Counted from the stretch's first letter, positions 26,894 through 37,056 are shown. The stretch: DNA of 64,000 bases from an uncultured Methylococcus sp. (GCA_964344615.1 CAYFOC010000001.1:802-64801); one strand, 5' to 3'. Numbers and translations: made by a program. Notes: a model not told the origin generated them from the sequence alone.

Positions 26894-29668
26894 TCAGGCG
26901 AGAGCTTGAGTGACCACGCTATTTTGTTCATCCAGATGGCGGTGATATTGACCGACCGCCGGGGCGGCGGAAACAGGACGTGCGACAACACGGAGCGTTG
27001 CCCCCTTGGGCAAGCAGCGGCTGATGGCATCGCGAATGAGTTGCCAGGCTCCCTGGTTTTCAGGCTCTTCCTGACACCAGATGAATTCCCGGGCCTCACT
27101 GAACCGTTCGACCTCGGCTTTCAGTTCCTCTTCAGGGAAAGGGTAGAGTTGCTCGATTCGAACAAGTGCCCGATCCATGCGATAGTCCTTCTCACGCCGA
27201 TCCAAGAGGTCGTAGTAGACCTTGCCGGCACAGAGGATGACACGTGAGACGTTTTCTTTCTGAAGCGAATCGGTTTCACCTTTCACATTCTCAAAACGTC
27301 CATGCGAGAGATCCTCAAGGTTTGATACCGCACGTTTGTGTCGCAAGAGACTTTTCGGTGTCATCACAATCAGAGGCTTTCGATAGGGTCTGATGATTTG
27401 ACGTCGCAGCAGGTGAAAGATTTGAGCAGGGGTGCTGGGGACCGCGACCTGCATGTTGTCTTCGGCACATAGCTGAAGATAGCGTTCAATGCGGGCCGAT
27501 GAATGTTCTGGCCCTTGACCTTCGTAACCATGGGGCAAGAAGAGCGTTAACCCGCAGAGGCGCCCCCATTTGGACTCTCCGGAGGCTATGAATTGATCAA
27601 TGACGACCTGCGCATTGTTGGCGAAATCTCCGAACTGGGCTTCCCAGATGACTAAGGTGTCCGGGGCGGAGCTGCTGTAACCGTATTCAAATCCAAGGAC
27701 GCCTTCCTCCGATAGGATGGAGTCAAAGATTTGAAATTCCGCTGCATCTGGCCCTAGTTGCTGGAGCGGGGTGTAGGGGCGACCTGTCTTTTGGTCATGG
27801 AGAATGGCATGACGATGAAAGAAGGTTCCTCGTCCGACATCCTGGCCGCTGAGTCGAATCGGCGTCCCTCGAGCAAGCAGCGATGCATAAGCCAGCGTTT
27901 CGCAGTAACCCCAGTCCAAGGGTAGGGTCCCCTGCATCATCTCCTGGCGATGTTCGAGGATGGCTTTTGTTCGGGGGTGGAGAACCACCGAATCGGGGAC
28001 GCTCAGACATAGTTCTGCAAGCCGGCGTGCCTCGTCCTGATGGAGTGTCGAGTCATAAGGGCACGTCCAATGATTGCCGTGGAAAGGGGTCCATGACGGC
28101 TTTGGATAGTGGGTCGTTGTATCAATTAACGGGCGAGAGACGATGTCGTTTCGGGAAAGTGCATCCTGGTAGGTATTCACCAGACGTTCGGTTTCTGCGA
28201 TCTCGATCACGCCGGCAGCGACCAGTCGTTCGGCATAGATTTCACGAACCGTCGGGTGATTACGAATCAGTGCGTACATCATCGGTTGCGTCACCGCAGG
28301 TTCATCGGCTTCATTGTGCCCGTGACGGCGGTAGCACAACAGATCAATCACGACGTCCCGGTGGAAACGCATGCGGTAGTCGACGGCTAATCGGGTAACG
28401 AAGAGGACGGCTTCAGGATCATCGCCATTAACATGGAAGACGGGGGCCTGAATCATGTTCGCCACATCCGTGCAGTAAAGCGTTGAACGGGCATCAAAGG
28501 GGGCGCTGGTGGTGAACCCGATCTGATTGTTGATGACGATGTGGATGGTGCCGCCGGTAGTATAGGCGCGCGTTTCGGACATGTTCAGGGTTTCCATGAC
28601 CACCCCTTGTCCTGCGAACGCCGCATCCCCGTGAATCAGGACCGCTATCACTTCTTCTTCCCCGTTCCCTGGGCGGCGATCCTGTCGCGCTCTCACGGAT
28701 CCTTCGGCGACAGGATCGATGATCTCAAGATGAGAGGGGTTAAAGGCCAGCGCCGTATGGACCGGACCGTGTCGGGTTTCGATATTGGAAGAAAAGCCGC
28801 TGTGGTATTTGACATCACCCGCACTGGCGAGGGGCATCATCTTGGCGGTTCCCTCGAATTCTTCGAAGAGGGCGCCGGGGAGTTTTCCAAGGACATTGAC
28901 CAGTACATTGATCCGCCCCCGATGCGCCATGCCGATGACCAGTTCGCGAATTCCCTTTTCGCTCCCGGATTCGATCAATTCATCGAGAAGGGGGATCAGG
29001 CTTTCTGCGCCTTCCAGCGAGAAGCGCTTCTGCCCCACATATTTGTGATGAAGATAGCGCTCGATGCCTTCCGCAGCTGTAAGAGCTCTGAGAATGGTTT
29101 TTTGATGCTCAGGGTCACGGTGACCCCGGCTCCGGGTTTTTTCTAGCCGTGTCTGGATCCATTGACGTATGTCGCTGTCAATGATGTGCATGTACTCGGC
29201 GCCGACATGTTCACAATAAGTCTGACGGAGGATGCTCAGGATTTCCCGGAGGGTGAGCTGCCGGTCGGAATCCAGGATATCGATATAAAACAGCTGATCA
29301 AGATCTTGATCCCCAAGCCCATAGTAGGAGGGCTCAAGATCCTTGAGTCGCGGAGGGGTACCGAGCTTGAGGGGGTTGTTGTCGGCAACCTGGTGGCCGC
29401 GCATCCGGTATTGATGAATCAGTCGATCAACAGCCGTTTGCTTCTTGATGCGAAGGTCCGCATCCCCCATGGTCATCGTTGGGAGGCTGGGTCCCCCCAA
29501 AAGGGCAGCTGCATAGCCGGCGTCCGGGAATGCCTCAAATTTGGCGCGCCAACTGGGATCCACGGAATCAGGATCACGGAGAAAGCGCTGGTAAAGGTCT
29601 TCAAGAAAGCCGAGGTTATCCTCGGCGATCGCACCTGAATCCTCAAAGAGGTCGTTCTGATCGCTCAT
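26894..29668 (-). CDS. sucA: 2-oxoglutarate dehydrogenase E1 component
   Basis: 'RRHGHNEADEPAVTQPMMY' is present in a protein of about 925 aa. I moved the start to ATG 29668 (MSDQNDLF...). Confidence 0.95.
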   Translation of the reverse strand: MSDQNDLFEDSGAIAEDNLGFLEDLYQRFLRDPDSVDPSWRAKFEAFPDAGYAAALLGGPSLPTMTMGDADLRIKKQTAVDRLIHQYRMRGHQVADNNPLKLGTPPRLKDLEPSYYGLGDQDLDQLFYIDILDSDRQLTLREILSILRQTYCEHVGAEYMHIIDSDIRQWIQTRLEKTRSRGHRDPEHQKTILRALTAAEGIERYLHHKYVGQKRFSLEGAESLIPLLDELIESGSEKGIRELVIGMAHRGRINVLVNVLGKLPGALFEEFEGTAKMMPLASAGDVKYHSGFSSNIETRHGPVHTALAFNPSHLEIIDPVAEGSVRARQDRRPGNGEEEVIAVLIHGDAAFAGQGVVMETLNMSETRAYTTGGTIHIVINNQIGFTTSAPFDARSTLYCTDVANMIQAPVFHVNGDDPEAVLFVTRLAVDYRMRFHRDVVIDLLCYRRHGHNEADEPAVTQPMMYALIRNHPTVREIYAERLVAAGVIEIAETERLVNTYQDALSRNDIVSRPLIDTTTHYPKPSWTPFHGNHWTCPYDSTLHQDEARRLAELCLSVPDSVVLHPRTKAILEHRQEMMQGTLPLDWGYCETLAYASLLARGTPIRLSGQDVGRGTFFHRHAILHDQKTGRPYTPLQQLGPDAAEFQIFDSILSEEGVLGFEYGYSSSAPDTLVIWEAQFGDFANNAQVVIDQFIASGESKWGRLCGLTLFLPHGYEGQGPEHSSARIERYLQLCAEDNMQVAVPSTPAQIFHLLRRQIIRPYRKPLIVMTPKSLLRHKRAVSNLEDLSHGRFENVKGETDSLQKENVSRVILCAGKVYYDLLDRREKDYRMDRALVRIEQLYPFPEEELKAEVERFSEAREFIWCQEEPENQGAWQLIRDAISRCLPKGATLRVVARPVSAAPAVGQYHRHLDEQNSVVTQALA

Positions 29669-29768
29669 GGTGGCATTGTAGCGGTTGCCATGCCAAGCTG
29701 GCATGCGATTTAATTAATCTTAGTAATTTAGTGGGTTTTTCTTGGTGCTACGCCCATGGCATGGGAAA

Positions 29769-30806
29769 ATGAGTGTGATGACTAGACAAGAGGACACTCT
29801 GACACACCTCCCGGAAAATACCGGCTTGACTGATCGCTTCGGGCGCGCGGTGAGCTATCTGCGGCTCTCGATTACGGATCGCTGCGATTTTCGCTGCGTG
29901 TATTGCATGTCAGAGCAGATGACGTTCCTTCCGCGGAGCGAGATTCTGACGCTGGAAGAGTTGGGACTCGTCGCGCAGGCCTTTGTTGAACTGGGCGTGA
30001 AGAAAATACGCCTGACGGGGGGGGAACCCTTGGTTAGAAAAGGGGTGACCGATCTTGCTGCAACGATTGCCAGGCTCGAGGGTTTGGATGCTCTCGTCAT
30101 GACGACGAATGGTTCTCGGCTGGAAGAACAAGCGCTTGCCTTGCGCCAAGCTGGGGTCAGCCGCCTGAACATCAGTCTGGATAGTCTTCAGCCGGACCGA
30201 TTTCGCCGGCTGACCCGGGTTGGAGATTTGGACGGGGTCCTTAGAGGAATTGAGGCGGCCCGTGAGGTCGGCTTCTCATCCATCAAGCTCAATGTTGTTG
30301 CGTTGCGGAATCGAAACCACGACGAAGTTACGGATCTCGTCCGTTTTGCGCTGGATCGTGAACTCGATATCAGTTTCATCGAAGAGATGCCCCTCGGTCA
30401 CGTTGACGGACGCGAGCGGCGCGAAGAGTTCTATCCGAGTGATGCCATCCGCAGGGATCTTTCCCGCGAATTTGAGCTGATTCCGTCAACCTATGTGACG
30501 GCCGGTCCCTCGCGTTACTGGGCTATTCCGGGTTACCGAACCCAGATCGGGTTTATCTCCCCGCACAGCCAAAACTTCTGTGGAACATGCAATCGGGTCC
30601 GGGTGACTGCTGAAGGTCGTCTCCTTCTGTGTCTTGGAAATGAGCACTCGATGGACCTTCGGGGCGTCCTTCGTGAAACACCCGGTGAGATAGAAGGGCT
30701 GAAGCAAGCCATCAGGCGAGCCATGGACCTCAAGCCGGAACGGCATCATTTCGATCTCACGGAACAACCCGTGATACTCCGTCACATGAGCCGAACAGGC
30801 GGGTAG
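29769..30806 (+). CDS. moaA: GTP 3',8-cyclase (molybdenum cofactor biosynthesis, radical SAM)
   Basis: The radical-SAM motif is 'CDFRCVYC' and the C-terminal cluster is '[13 protein letters not shown]'. The start probably lies at ATG 29769. Confidence 0.9.
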   Translation: MSVMTRQEDTLTHLPENTGLTDRFGRAVSYLRLSITDRCDFRCVYCMSEQMTFLPRSEILTLEELGLVAQAFVELGVKKIRLTGGEPLVRKGVTDLAATIARLEGLDALVMTTNGSRLEEQALALRQAGVSRLNISLDSLQPDRFRRLTRVGDLDGVLRGIEAAREVGFSSIKLNVVALRNRNHDEVTDLVRFALDRELDISFIEEMPLGHVDGRERREEFYPSDAIRRDLSREFELIPSTYVTAGPSRYWAIPGYRTQIGFISPHSQNFCGTCNRVRVTAEGRLLLCLGNEHSMDLRGVLRETPGEIEGLKQAIRRAMDLKPERHHFDLTEQPVILRHMSRTGG

Positions 30807-30811
30807 TTCGA

Positions 30812-31330
30812 TCAGACCTCTCTGAGACGCGGGATAAGTTCCACCAGGTTGCAGGGTCGCGTCCTGAAATCGAGTTGCGGGCCTATCAATTGATCCCATC
30901 CCAGTCGGCAGGCGCCCGACGATCCTGGCAGGCAAAAAATATAGGTGCCATTGGCAACCCCCGCGAGCGCCCGGGATTGAATGGTTGAACTTCCGATCTC
31001 CTCAAAGGATCGTTGCCTGAACGTTTCGCCGAAGCCATCCAGTGTTTTATCAAAGAGGACACTCGCAGCTTCCGGGGTGCCGTCTCGGCCCGTGACCCCA
31101 GTTCCTCCCGTCGTGATGATGGCTTCAATATCCGAACGGGCGATCCATACGGACAGAATGGCTCTGATCTCGTAGATGTTATCCGGCACAATTTCACGTA
31201 CCGGCTTAAGGTGACCTGCAGCCAGAATCTTTTGCTCAAGCAACAACCCTGAGCCATCGGTTTCGAGGGTTCGCGTATCAGAAATCGTCAGGACGGCAAT
31301 TTGGAGTGGCCTAAAGGAACGCTCGGACAT
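30812..31330 (-). CDS. moaB: Molybdenum cofactor biosynthesis protein B
   Basis: 'IAVLTISDT...' and 'IITTGGTGVTGRD' are present. I moved the start to ATG 31330. Confidence 0.85.
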   Translation of the reverse strand: MSERSFRPLQIAVLTISDTRTLETDGSGLLLEQKILAAGHLKPVREIVPDNIYEIRAILSVWIARSDIEAIITTGGTGVTGRDGTPEAASVLFDKTLDGFGETFRQRSFEEIGSSTIQSRALAGVANGTYIFCLPGSSGACRLGWDQLIGPQLDFRTRPCNLVELIPRLREV

Positions 31331-31446
31331 GTTGTTCTCCGCGGATGCGATGTGCGCTTGGCCGCCCAAGGCGGGCAGGCATGGCTATAATGACCTCATT
31401 CTAACTAATCCCATGTGGGAGCCATGCACGGAATCCTCATAAGTCG

Positions 31447-33339
31447 ATGGCGACAGTAAGGCGTTCGGGTCAAGCCGAGGGCACCCTGAAGTGGTCCCTC
31501 ATCGTCGGCAGTATGGGGGTCGTATTCGGTGAAATAGCGACCAGCCCGCTCTATGCGCTTCGGATCGTCTTTGCCGGCAAAACAGGAATTACCCCGACCC
31601 CTGATCATGTCATGGGGATTCTTTCGCTGGTGTTCTGGATGCTGGCGATCGTGGTCGGGGTCAAATACGCACTGCTCATCATGCGGGCGGACAATAAGGG
31701 CGATGGCGGAATCATGGCGCTTTTGTCACTGGTCCAGCGTAGCGTTCACGATCGTCCGCGCATGAGGCGATTGGTGTTGGCCATGGGTCTTATGGGCGCC
31801 TCTCTTTTCTTTGGTGACGCGGTCATTGCGCCGGCTATCTCGGTCATGGGTGCGCTCGAAGGTCTCAAGGTCGGCGCTCCCGGTCTCAAAGTGCTGATTG
31901 TGCCCATCACGCTCGTGGTGCTTCTGTTCCTTTTCCTGTTGCAAAGGCGGGGTACGGCTTTTATCAGCGGACTGTTTAGTCCGGTGATGGTTTGCTGGCT
32001 GCTGGTTATCGCCATGTTGGGTCTTTCGAGCATCATCGATACGCCTGTCATTTTGAAGTCGCTGGATCCGAGCTACGGCATCCGTTTTCTGATGGAGGCC
32101 CGCATCCAATCCCTGCTAGTGCTCGGTGCCGTGATTCTGGTGGTCACGGGTGTTGAAGCGCTTTACGCCGACATGGGGCATTTCGGCATTCAGCCGATAC
32201 GGATCGCCTGGTTTACCTTTGTGTTTCCGATGTTGATGCTGAATTATCTGGGGCAGGGGGCGTTGCTGTTGAGGGAGCCTGCATCAGCAAGCAATCCTTT
32301 CTACCTGCTGGCTCCGTCATGGGCTTTCATCCCCTTGCTGGCTCTGGCGACGCTTGCGACCATCATTGCCTCTCAAGGTGTGATTTCCGGTGCTTTTTCG
32401 CTGGCGGCACAAGCGGTCCGGATGCGCTATCTCCCAAGGCTTGCCGTCAGGCATACCTCACTGGGTCATTCCGGTCAGATTTATGTCCCGGTGGTGAACT
32501 GGGTTCTTGCCTTTGCAACGTTCGCGCTGGTGATCGGGTTTGGTTCCAGCAGCAAATTGGCTACGGCCTACGGCATTTCCGTCACGGCCAGCATGGTGGT
32601 AACCACGTTACTCGGATTTGCCATCCTTCGGCGGATCTGGCGGGTGCCTGTGATTCTGACGGGGCTGCTGTTTACAGGATTCCTTGCCGTCGACCTGGGT
32701 TTTCTCACCGCCAACCTTCCAAAGCTCTGGCAGGGCGGTTGGGTATCGATCGTGGTCAGCGGAAGCATCTTTGTTTTGCTCACGACCTGGGTGAAGGGCA
32801 GGGATCTTCTGGTGCAGCGCCTCAATGCCCGGGCTATGCCGATCGAGGAGCTCGTGTCCAAGGTCGCCCATTCCGGCTTTCCTCGCGTGAAGGGGACCGC
32901 GGTCTATCTGACGGCCAGTCGCTTTGGTGCCCCACTCGCTTTGCTGCATAACATGGCGATGAATCAGGTCGTTCACGAGAAGGTAATCATCCTGACGGTG
33001 GTAACCCGAGATGAACCCTTCATCCCGCTGGAATCGCGCCTGAAGGTTCGCAACTACGGGGGGGAGATCTACCGGGTCCGAATCTACTACGGCTACAACC
33101 AGGAGCCAAACGTTCCGGAAGCCTTGTTGTTCTGCAAGAGCCAGGGACTGGATGTCGAGCCTGAAACAGCCTCCTTCTTCCTGACGCGGGAACACATGAT
33201 TTCCCAACACGCCAACGGAATGTCCACATGGCGTGAACGTTTATTCATCCGCATGGCCATGAATGCCGAGAATGCCATGCGTTTCTGGCATATTCCGCCG
33301 GAACGCGTCGTTGAACTCGGTCACATGGTCGCCCTTTAG
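31447..33339 (+). CDS. kup: KUP/HAK/KT potassium uptake transporter
   Basis: 'ADNKGDGGIMALLSL' is present. The protein has 12 TM helices plus a cytoplasmic C-domain and is 630 aa long. Confidence 0.9.
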   Translation: MATVRRSGQAEGTLKWSLIVGSMGVVFGEIATSPLYALRIVFAGKTGITPTPDHVMGILSLVFWMLAIVVGVKYALLIMRADNKGDGGIMALLSLVQRSVHDRPRMRRLVLAMGLMGASLFFGDAVIAPAISVMGALEGLKVGAPGLKVLIVPITLVVLLFLFLLQRRGTAFISGLFSPVMVCWLLVIAMLGLSSIIDTPVILKSLDPSYGIRFLMEARIQSLLVLGAVILVVTGVEALYADMGHFGIQPIRIAWFTFVFPMLMLNYLGQGALLLREPASASNPFYLLAPSWAFIPLLALATLATIIASQGVISGAFSLAAQAVRMRYLPRLAVRHTSLGHSGQIYVPVVNWVLAFATFALVIGFGSSSKLATAYGISVTASMVVTTLLGFAILRRIWRVPVILTGLLFTGFLAVDLGFLTANLPKLWQGGWVSIVVSGSIFVLLTTWVKGRDLLVQRLNARAMPIEELVSKVAHSGFPRVKGTAVYLTASRFGAPLALLHNMAMNQVVHEKVIILTVVTRDEPFIPLESRLKVRNYGGEIYRVRIYYGYNQEPNVPEALLFCKSQGLDVEPETASFFLTREHMISQHANGMSTWRERLFIRMAMNAENAMRFWHIPPERVVELGHMVAL

Positions 33340-33348
33340 CAGGGCAAA

Positions 33349-33783
33349 CTAGCCGAGTGGCGTGGGCTGTCCGGTGGCCCTGAATCGAAGGTAGTCCTCT
33401 AAAACCTTGGCGTGATCAAAGGCGAGGGGTGCCGGGAGATTTTGGACATCGACAACGACCGCCGCCTTGGCATCGTCCGCCGCCACAGGCGTTCCCTGTG
33501 CCTCACCAACATAAACAGCGGTCACGGTGTGGCCCCTGGCATCGCGTTTCGGGTCGGAATAAAGACCCAAGAGGGCGGTTAACTTAACCTTGAGCCCCAC
33601 TTCTTCTTCAGCCTCCCGTCGGGCGGCATGTTCAACCGTCTCGCCTACGTCGACGAAACCACCCGGAATGGCCCAACCGTGAGGTTCATAGAGTCTTTCG
33701 ATCAGAACAATCGGCCGATCCGGCAGATCAACCAGTTCGATGATGATGTCAGCGGCAATTTCGGGAGTGACGGGTCTGGCCAT
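33349..33783 (-). CDS. NUDIX hydrolase
   Basis: The Nudix box is 'GGFVDVGETVEHAARREAEEEVGL'. Confidence 0.85.
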   Translation of the reverse strand: MARPVTPEIAADIIIELVDLPDRPIVLIERLYEPHGWAIPGGFVDVGETVEHAARREAEEEVGLKVKLTALLGLYSDPKRDARGHTVTAVYVGEAQGTPVAADDAKAAVVVDVQNLPAPLAFDHAKVLEDYLRFRATGQPTPLG

Positions 33784-33941
33784 GGCTTTATTTCTATTGC
33801 GTCAAGGAGTAATCAACTAGGTGCGGCTTGGACGATCTGCTATTCTAGTCAGGCTAAACTTCTTGTAAATCACTCCGTTATCTTCATCTACGTCTTAGCG
33901 TTAGGATCGTTCAGCCGATCTTTATGAATGTGTATTGAGCC

Positions 33942-34667
33942 ATGAATCATCTCGACTCCGCCTTCAGCAGTTCTTACCTGGTTGCATTTCTCATGGGGCT
34001 TTTCAGCGCCATGCATTGTCTGGGCATGTGTGGATCGATTATCGGAACGCTGACGCTGAGCCTCAAGCGTGAAATTCGAGAGAACAAAGGACTCCTGCTG
34101 CCCTTTGTCGCGAGTTACAACGCGGGTCGTGTGTTGAGTTACACCCTCGCGGGTTTTATCGCCGGTATCCTCGAAAACGTGCTCACCCTGCCGTTTGGTG
34201 AAGGTCACGGTCACCGTGTGCTTCAGGTGTTGGGAGCCCTCGTGATGTTGGGGGCTGGTTTGCATGTTGCCGGCTGGTTTCCCCGTTTTGCATACATTGA
34301 GAAGTTGGGTGCCTTGGTTTGGCGTCATATCGAGCCCTATGGGCGGCGCCTGATTCCGGTTGAAACCCGCCAGACGGCTTTTGTATTCGGAATGGTCTGG
34401 GGCTGGTTACCCTGTGGTCTTGTCTATACCGCCCTCGCGTTGGCCGCGACCACGGGTGAAGTTTTTCGAAGTGGCATGACGATGTTCTTTTTCGGTTTGG
34501 GGACCATTCCTGCCGTGATGGGCGTCGGAGTGATGACCTCCTGGATGGTTCGGTTCAGCAGCATGACCCGCGCCCGTCAGGCCGCCGGCGTGACCTTTAT
34601 CATTTTGGCGTTGATGGCGGCGTTCCCTGATCTTAATCCCTTCACGCAACACGTCATGACGCACTGA
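33942..34667 (+). CDS. DsbD_2 / UreH-like (TauE-related) polytopic membrane protein with HCxxMCG motif
   Basis: 'FSAMHCLGMCGSIIG' lies in TM1, a second Cys pair region is 'GWLPCGLVY', and about 6 TM helices are predicted. Confidence 0.65.
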   Translation: MNHLDSAFSSSYLVAFLMGLFSAMHCLGMCGSIIGTLTLSLKREIRENKGLLLPFVASYNAGRVLSYTLAGFIAGILENVLTLPFGEGHGHRVLQVLGALVMLGAGLHVAGWFPRFAYIEKLGALVWRHIEPYGRRLIPVETRQTAFVFGMVWGWLPCGLVYTALALAATTGEVFRSGMTMFFFGLGTIPAVMGVGVMTSWMVRFSSMTRARQAAGVTFIILALMAAFPDLNPFTQHVMTH

Positions 34668-34680
34668 AGCTTCATCGAAT

Positions 34681-35634
34681 ATGTCCATCATTGAAGGCCT
34701 TATTGGCCAATCCCCGAACTTTGAAAGCCTCCTCCGGAGCGCGAGGATGGTTGCCGCCACGGATGTTCCTGTCCTGATCATCGGGGAAACCGGGACGGGT
34801 AAGGAAGTCTTGGCTAATGGGCTGCAGCAACAGAGCCCACGAGCCAACAAGCCTTTCATTACGATCAACTGTGCGGCCCTGCCTGAGTCGCTTGCCGAGT
34901 CGGAACTTTTCGGTCACAAGAAAGGGTCTTTCACGGGAGCCATTGCCAACCAGTTGGGACGTCTCCAGGCTGCAAATGGCGGCACCGTATTTCTCGATGA
35001 GGTCGACTCGCTGGCGATCGCCTTGCAGGCCAAGTTGCTTCGGTTCCTTGAATCGGGAGAAATCCAGCCGGTGGGGGAAACCCAGTTTCAGAAGGTCGAC
35101 GTCAGAATCATTGCGGCTACCAATGCGGATCTGCAAGAACGCATCAATCGGGGCGAATTCAGGCGTGACCTTTACTATCGGCTGAATGTCGTACCTCTTG
35201 AGATTCCTGCCCTGCGTGATCGTATGGGGGACATTCAGGTTCTTATCCATCATTTCATGCAGCAGTTTACCCGTAGTCACGGACTGCCAAATGCCACCAT
35301 CAGCAAGGCCGCGCTGCAAAAATTGCTGCATTACCCCTGGCCCGGAAATGTCCGGGAACTTCGAAACGTCTGTGAACGCCTTTGTATTTTGCTGGCAGGA
35401 AAGACAATTGAAGAACATAATCTCCCACCGGAGATTTTGACCGGGAAGGCGGCGTCTCCTGAGGCGCGTGAGATTGTGTTGCCTGAATCCGGGATTAACC
35501 TTGAGCAAGTTGAAATTGACCTGATTGTTCAGGCACTTGAGAGAACCAAGGGAAATCGCAGCCAGGCGGCGCGTCTCCTGGGTATCTCGCGGGATACCTT
35601 GCTCTACCGCATGCAAAAGCATCGCATCACCTGA
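34681..35634 (+). CDS. Sigma-54-dependent transcriptional activator consisting only of AAA+ and Fis-type HTH domains (no sensory/receiver domain)
   Basis: Walker A is 'GETGTGKE'. The 'ESELFGHKKGSFTGA' segment carries a GAFTGA-type loop. 'VRIIAATN' is present and the C-terminal HTH is 'GNRSQAARLLGISRDTLLYRMQK'. The AAA+ domain begins about 10 aa from the N-terminus. Confidence 0.85.
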   Translation: MSIIEGLIGQSPNFESLLRSARMVAATDVPVLIIGETGTGKEVLANGLQQQSPRANKPFITINCAALPESLAESELFGHKKGSFTGAIANQLGRLQAANGGTVFLDEVDSLAIALQAKLLRFLESGEIQPVGETQFQKVDVRIIAATNADLQERINRGEFRRDLYYRLNVVPLEIPALRDRMGDIQVLIHHFMQQFTRSHGLPNATISKAALQKLLHYPWPGNVRELRNVCERLCILLAGKTIEEHNLPPEILTGKAASPEAREIVLPESGINLEQVEIDLIVQALERTKGNRSQAARLLGISRDTLLYRMQKHRIT

Positions 35635-35838
35635 TTCCTGACCGGAACGATGCCCCTTGATCTTGCCGGGCAGAGAACGGCTGCAATCTGATGATGCCGA
35701 GGGCATCAAGCAAGAAGACTTCTCGGTGTTTTACACGCGTTAATTTCGTCTGAATCCTCAGATCGCTGAAGATTTGGATGGGATGAGGGCGTTCGATTTA
35801 AAGAAAGAACCCATAACAAAAAGAACGAGGTAACGATC

Positions 35839-36585
35839 GTGTGTTGGAGTGGTGAAGCATCAGCCGTATTGGCGACCGTGGGATTTGCAACCGCAGCCTA
35901 TGTGGCCTACAAGGGGGAATCGAAGGAACTCTGGATTCCACTGACCTATTTTGCCTGCATGGAGCTGCTTCAGGCGGCCACCTATGTCTATATCAATCTC
36001 TGCGACTCCCCCCCCAATCAGATACTGACGTATTTCGGCTACATCCATATTGCCTTTCAGCCCTTCTTTGTGAACATGGTGGCCATGTATTTCATACCTG
36101 AAGAGGTCAAGAAAAAAATTTCTACGGTTGTCTACGTCATCTGTGCGGCAGCAGCCGTTGCCATGCTGGTCAAGATGTATCCCTTTGCCTGGGCTGGCCA
36201 TTGCATCGTGGGTATTGAAGGCTTCTGTGGTAACCAGGTGTGTTCGGTTTCCGGTGACTGGCATATCGCGTGGCAGTTGCCCCTGAACGGAATCTTGTCT
36301 GATACCCCAGACAATCCGATTTCATTCCGCTGGGGCCTTCACGCGTTGGTGTACATCCTCGTTGGTTTCTGGTTGCCTATCATTTACGGTTCCTGGCGCT
36401 TTGTCGGTTTTCATTATCTGGTCGGACCGCTGATTTCCGATATTTTGACAACTGATCCCAACGAATATGCGGCAGTATGGTGTCTTTTCTCCATCGCCCT
36501 GTGTATCTCCGTTATCAAGACACCGATTCGCCACTACCTCCATGTAACCCGATGGTTTGGCTATCCAACGCCTGCCAAATCGTGA
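35839..36585 (+). CDS. Polytopic membrane protein, unknown function
   Basis: The 248-aa protein (GTG start) has about 6-7 hydrophobic segments and is rich in Trp, Tyr and Cys. I recognise no catalytic motif. Confidence 0.5.
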   Translation: MCWSGEASAVLATVGFATAAYVAYKGESKELWIPLTYFACMELLQAATYVYINLCDSPPNQILTYFGYIHIAFQPFFVNMVAMYFIPEEVKKKISTVVYVICAAAAVAMLVKMYPFAWAGHCIVGIEGFCGNQVCSVSGDWHIAWQLPLNGILSDTPDNPISFRWGLHALVYILVGFWLPIIYGSWRFVGFHYLVGPLISDILTTDPNEYAAVWCLFSIALCISVIKTPIRHYLHVTRWFGYPTPAKS

Positions 36586-37010
36586 GCCGTTTTCGCCTTT
36601 TATTGCTCCTTATCGCTGCCGTGCTTCAGGGCTGCGTACCCGTGGCTTCCGTTGACGGACGTCATCAGGTCGAACTGGTCGCAGCCGACCATGGACAGAA
36701 GGTCAATCTGAAGATGGGCGATACGCTCGTGCTTCGCCTGCCTGCGAATCGAAGTACGGGCTATAACTGGTTGTTGCCTCAAGGCGAAGCAACTGCAGGA
36801 GGAACATTGGGTCCCCTCCAGAATGAGCCTCGATATGACCGAAACATTGATGGAATCTATTCGGTCGGTGCGGGTGGCGTTGAGATCTGGGAGTTCCGGA
36901 CTCTGAAGTCTGGGGAAGGGATCTTGAAACTTGAATACAGACGGTCTTTTGAAAATGGCGTTGCGCCACTGAAGGTGGTTGCCTTTCCCATCCGGGTCTA
37001 TGGACCCTGA
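36552..37010 (+). CDS. Chagasin-family (I42) cysteine-peptidase inhibitor, lipoprotein
   Basis: The lipobox is 'AAVLQGC'. 'LRLPANRSTGYNW' matches the chagasin NPTTGY(x)W loop, and the body is beta-rich. The start is ATG 36552 or GTG 36582, and both overlap the end of the upstream ORF. Confidence 0.65.
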   Translation: MVWLSNACQIVSRFRLLLLLIAAVLQGCVPVASVDGRHQVELVAADHGQKVNLKMGDTLVLRLPANRSTGYNWLLPQGEATAGGTLGPLQNEPRYDRNIDGIYSVGAGGVEIWEFRTLKSGEGILKLEYRRSFENGVAPLKVVAFPIRVYGP

Positions 37011-37019
37011 GGATGGAAC

Positions 37020-37046
37020 GTCGGTTGCAGCTTAGCTGCAACCGAC
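37020..37046. terminator. Bidirectional terminator hairpin between the inhibitor gene and argG
   Basis: The hairpin gtcggttgcagc-tta-gctgcaaccgac is a 12-bp perfect stem. It sits between convergent stops at 37010 and 37057. The flanking T/A tracts are weak. Confidence 0.65.
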
Positions 37047-37056
37047 ATCTTTCCGA

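Noticed and set aside
29669-29768. A molybdenum-cofactor riboswitch upstream of moaA.
   Set aside because: The intergenic region is only about 100 nt, AT-rich and without the extended conserved stems. It is too short for the Moco RNA motif of about 130 nt.
34681-35634. Calling the sensor-less activator PspF.
   Set aside because: No pspA-like gene is adjacent or divergent. Domain architecture alone is shared by several families (PspF, HrpR/S and others).
34672-35709. A 345-aa ORF on the minus strand.
   Set aside because: It is antisense to the sigma-54 activator. The plus-strand frame carries Walker A, the GAFTGA-type loop and the Fis HTH. The minus-strand product has no motifs.
35635-35838. 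A sigma-54 (-24/-12) promoter downstream of the sensor-less activator.
   Set aside because: The candidate GG/GC pairs (e.g. in 'gggcagagaacggctgca' and 'ccggaacgatgccccttga') have the wrong spacing, 14 or more rather than 12 nt between the GG and GC. No acceptable TGGCAC-N5-TTGC match was found by eye.
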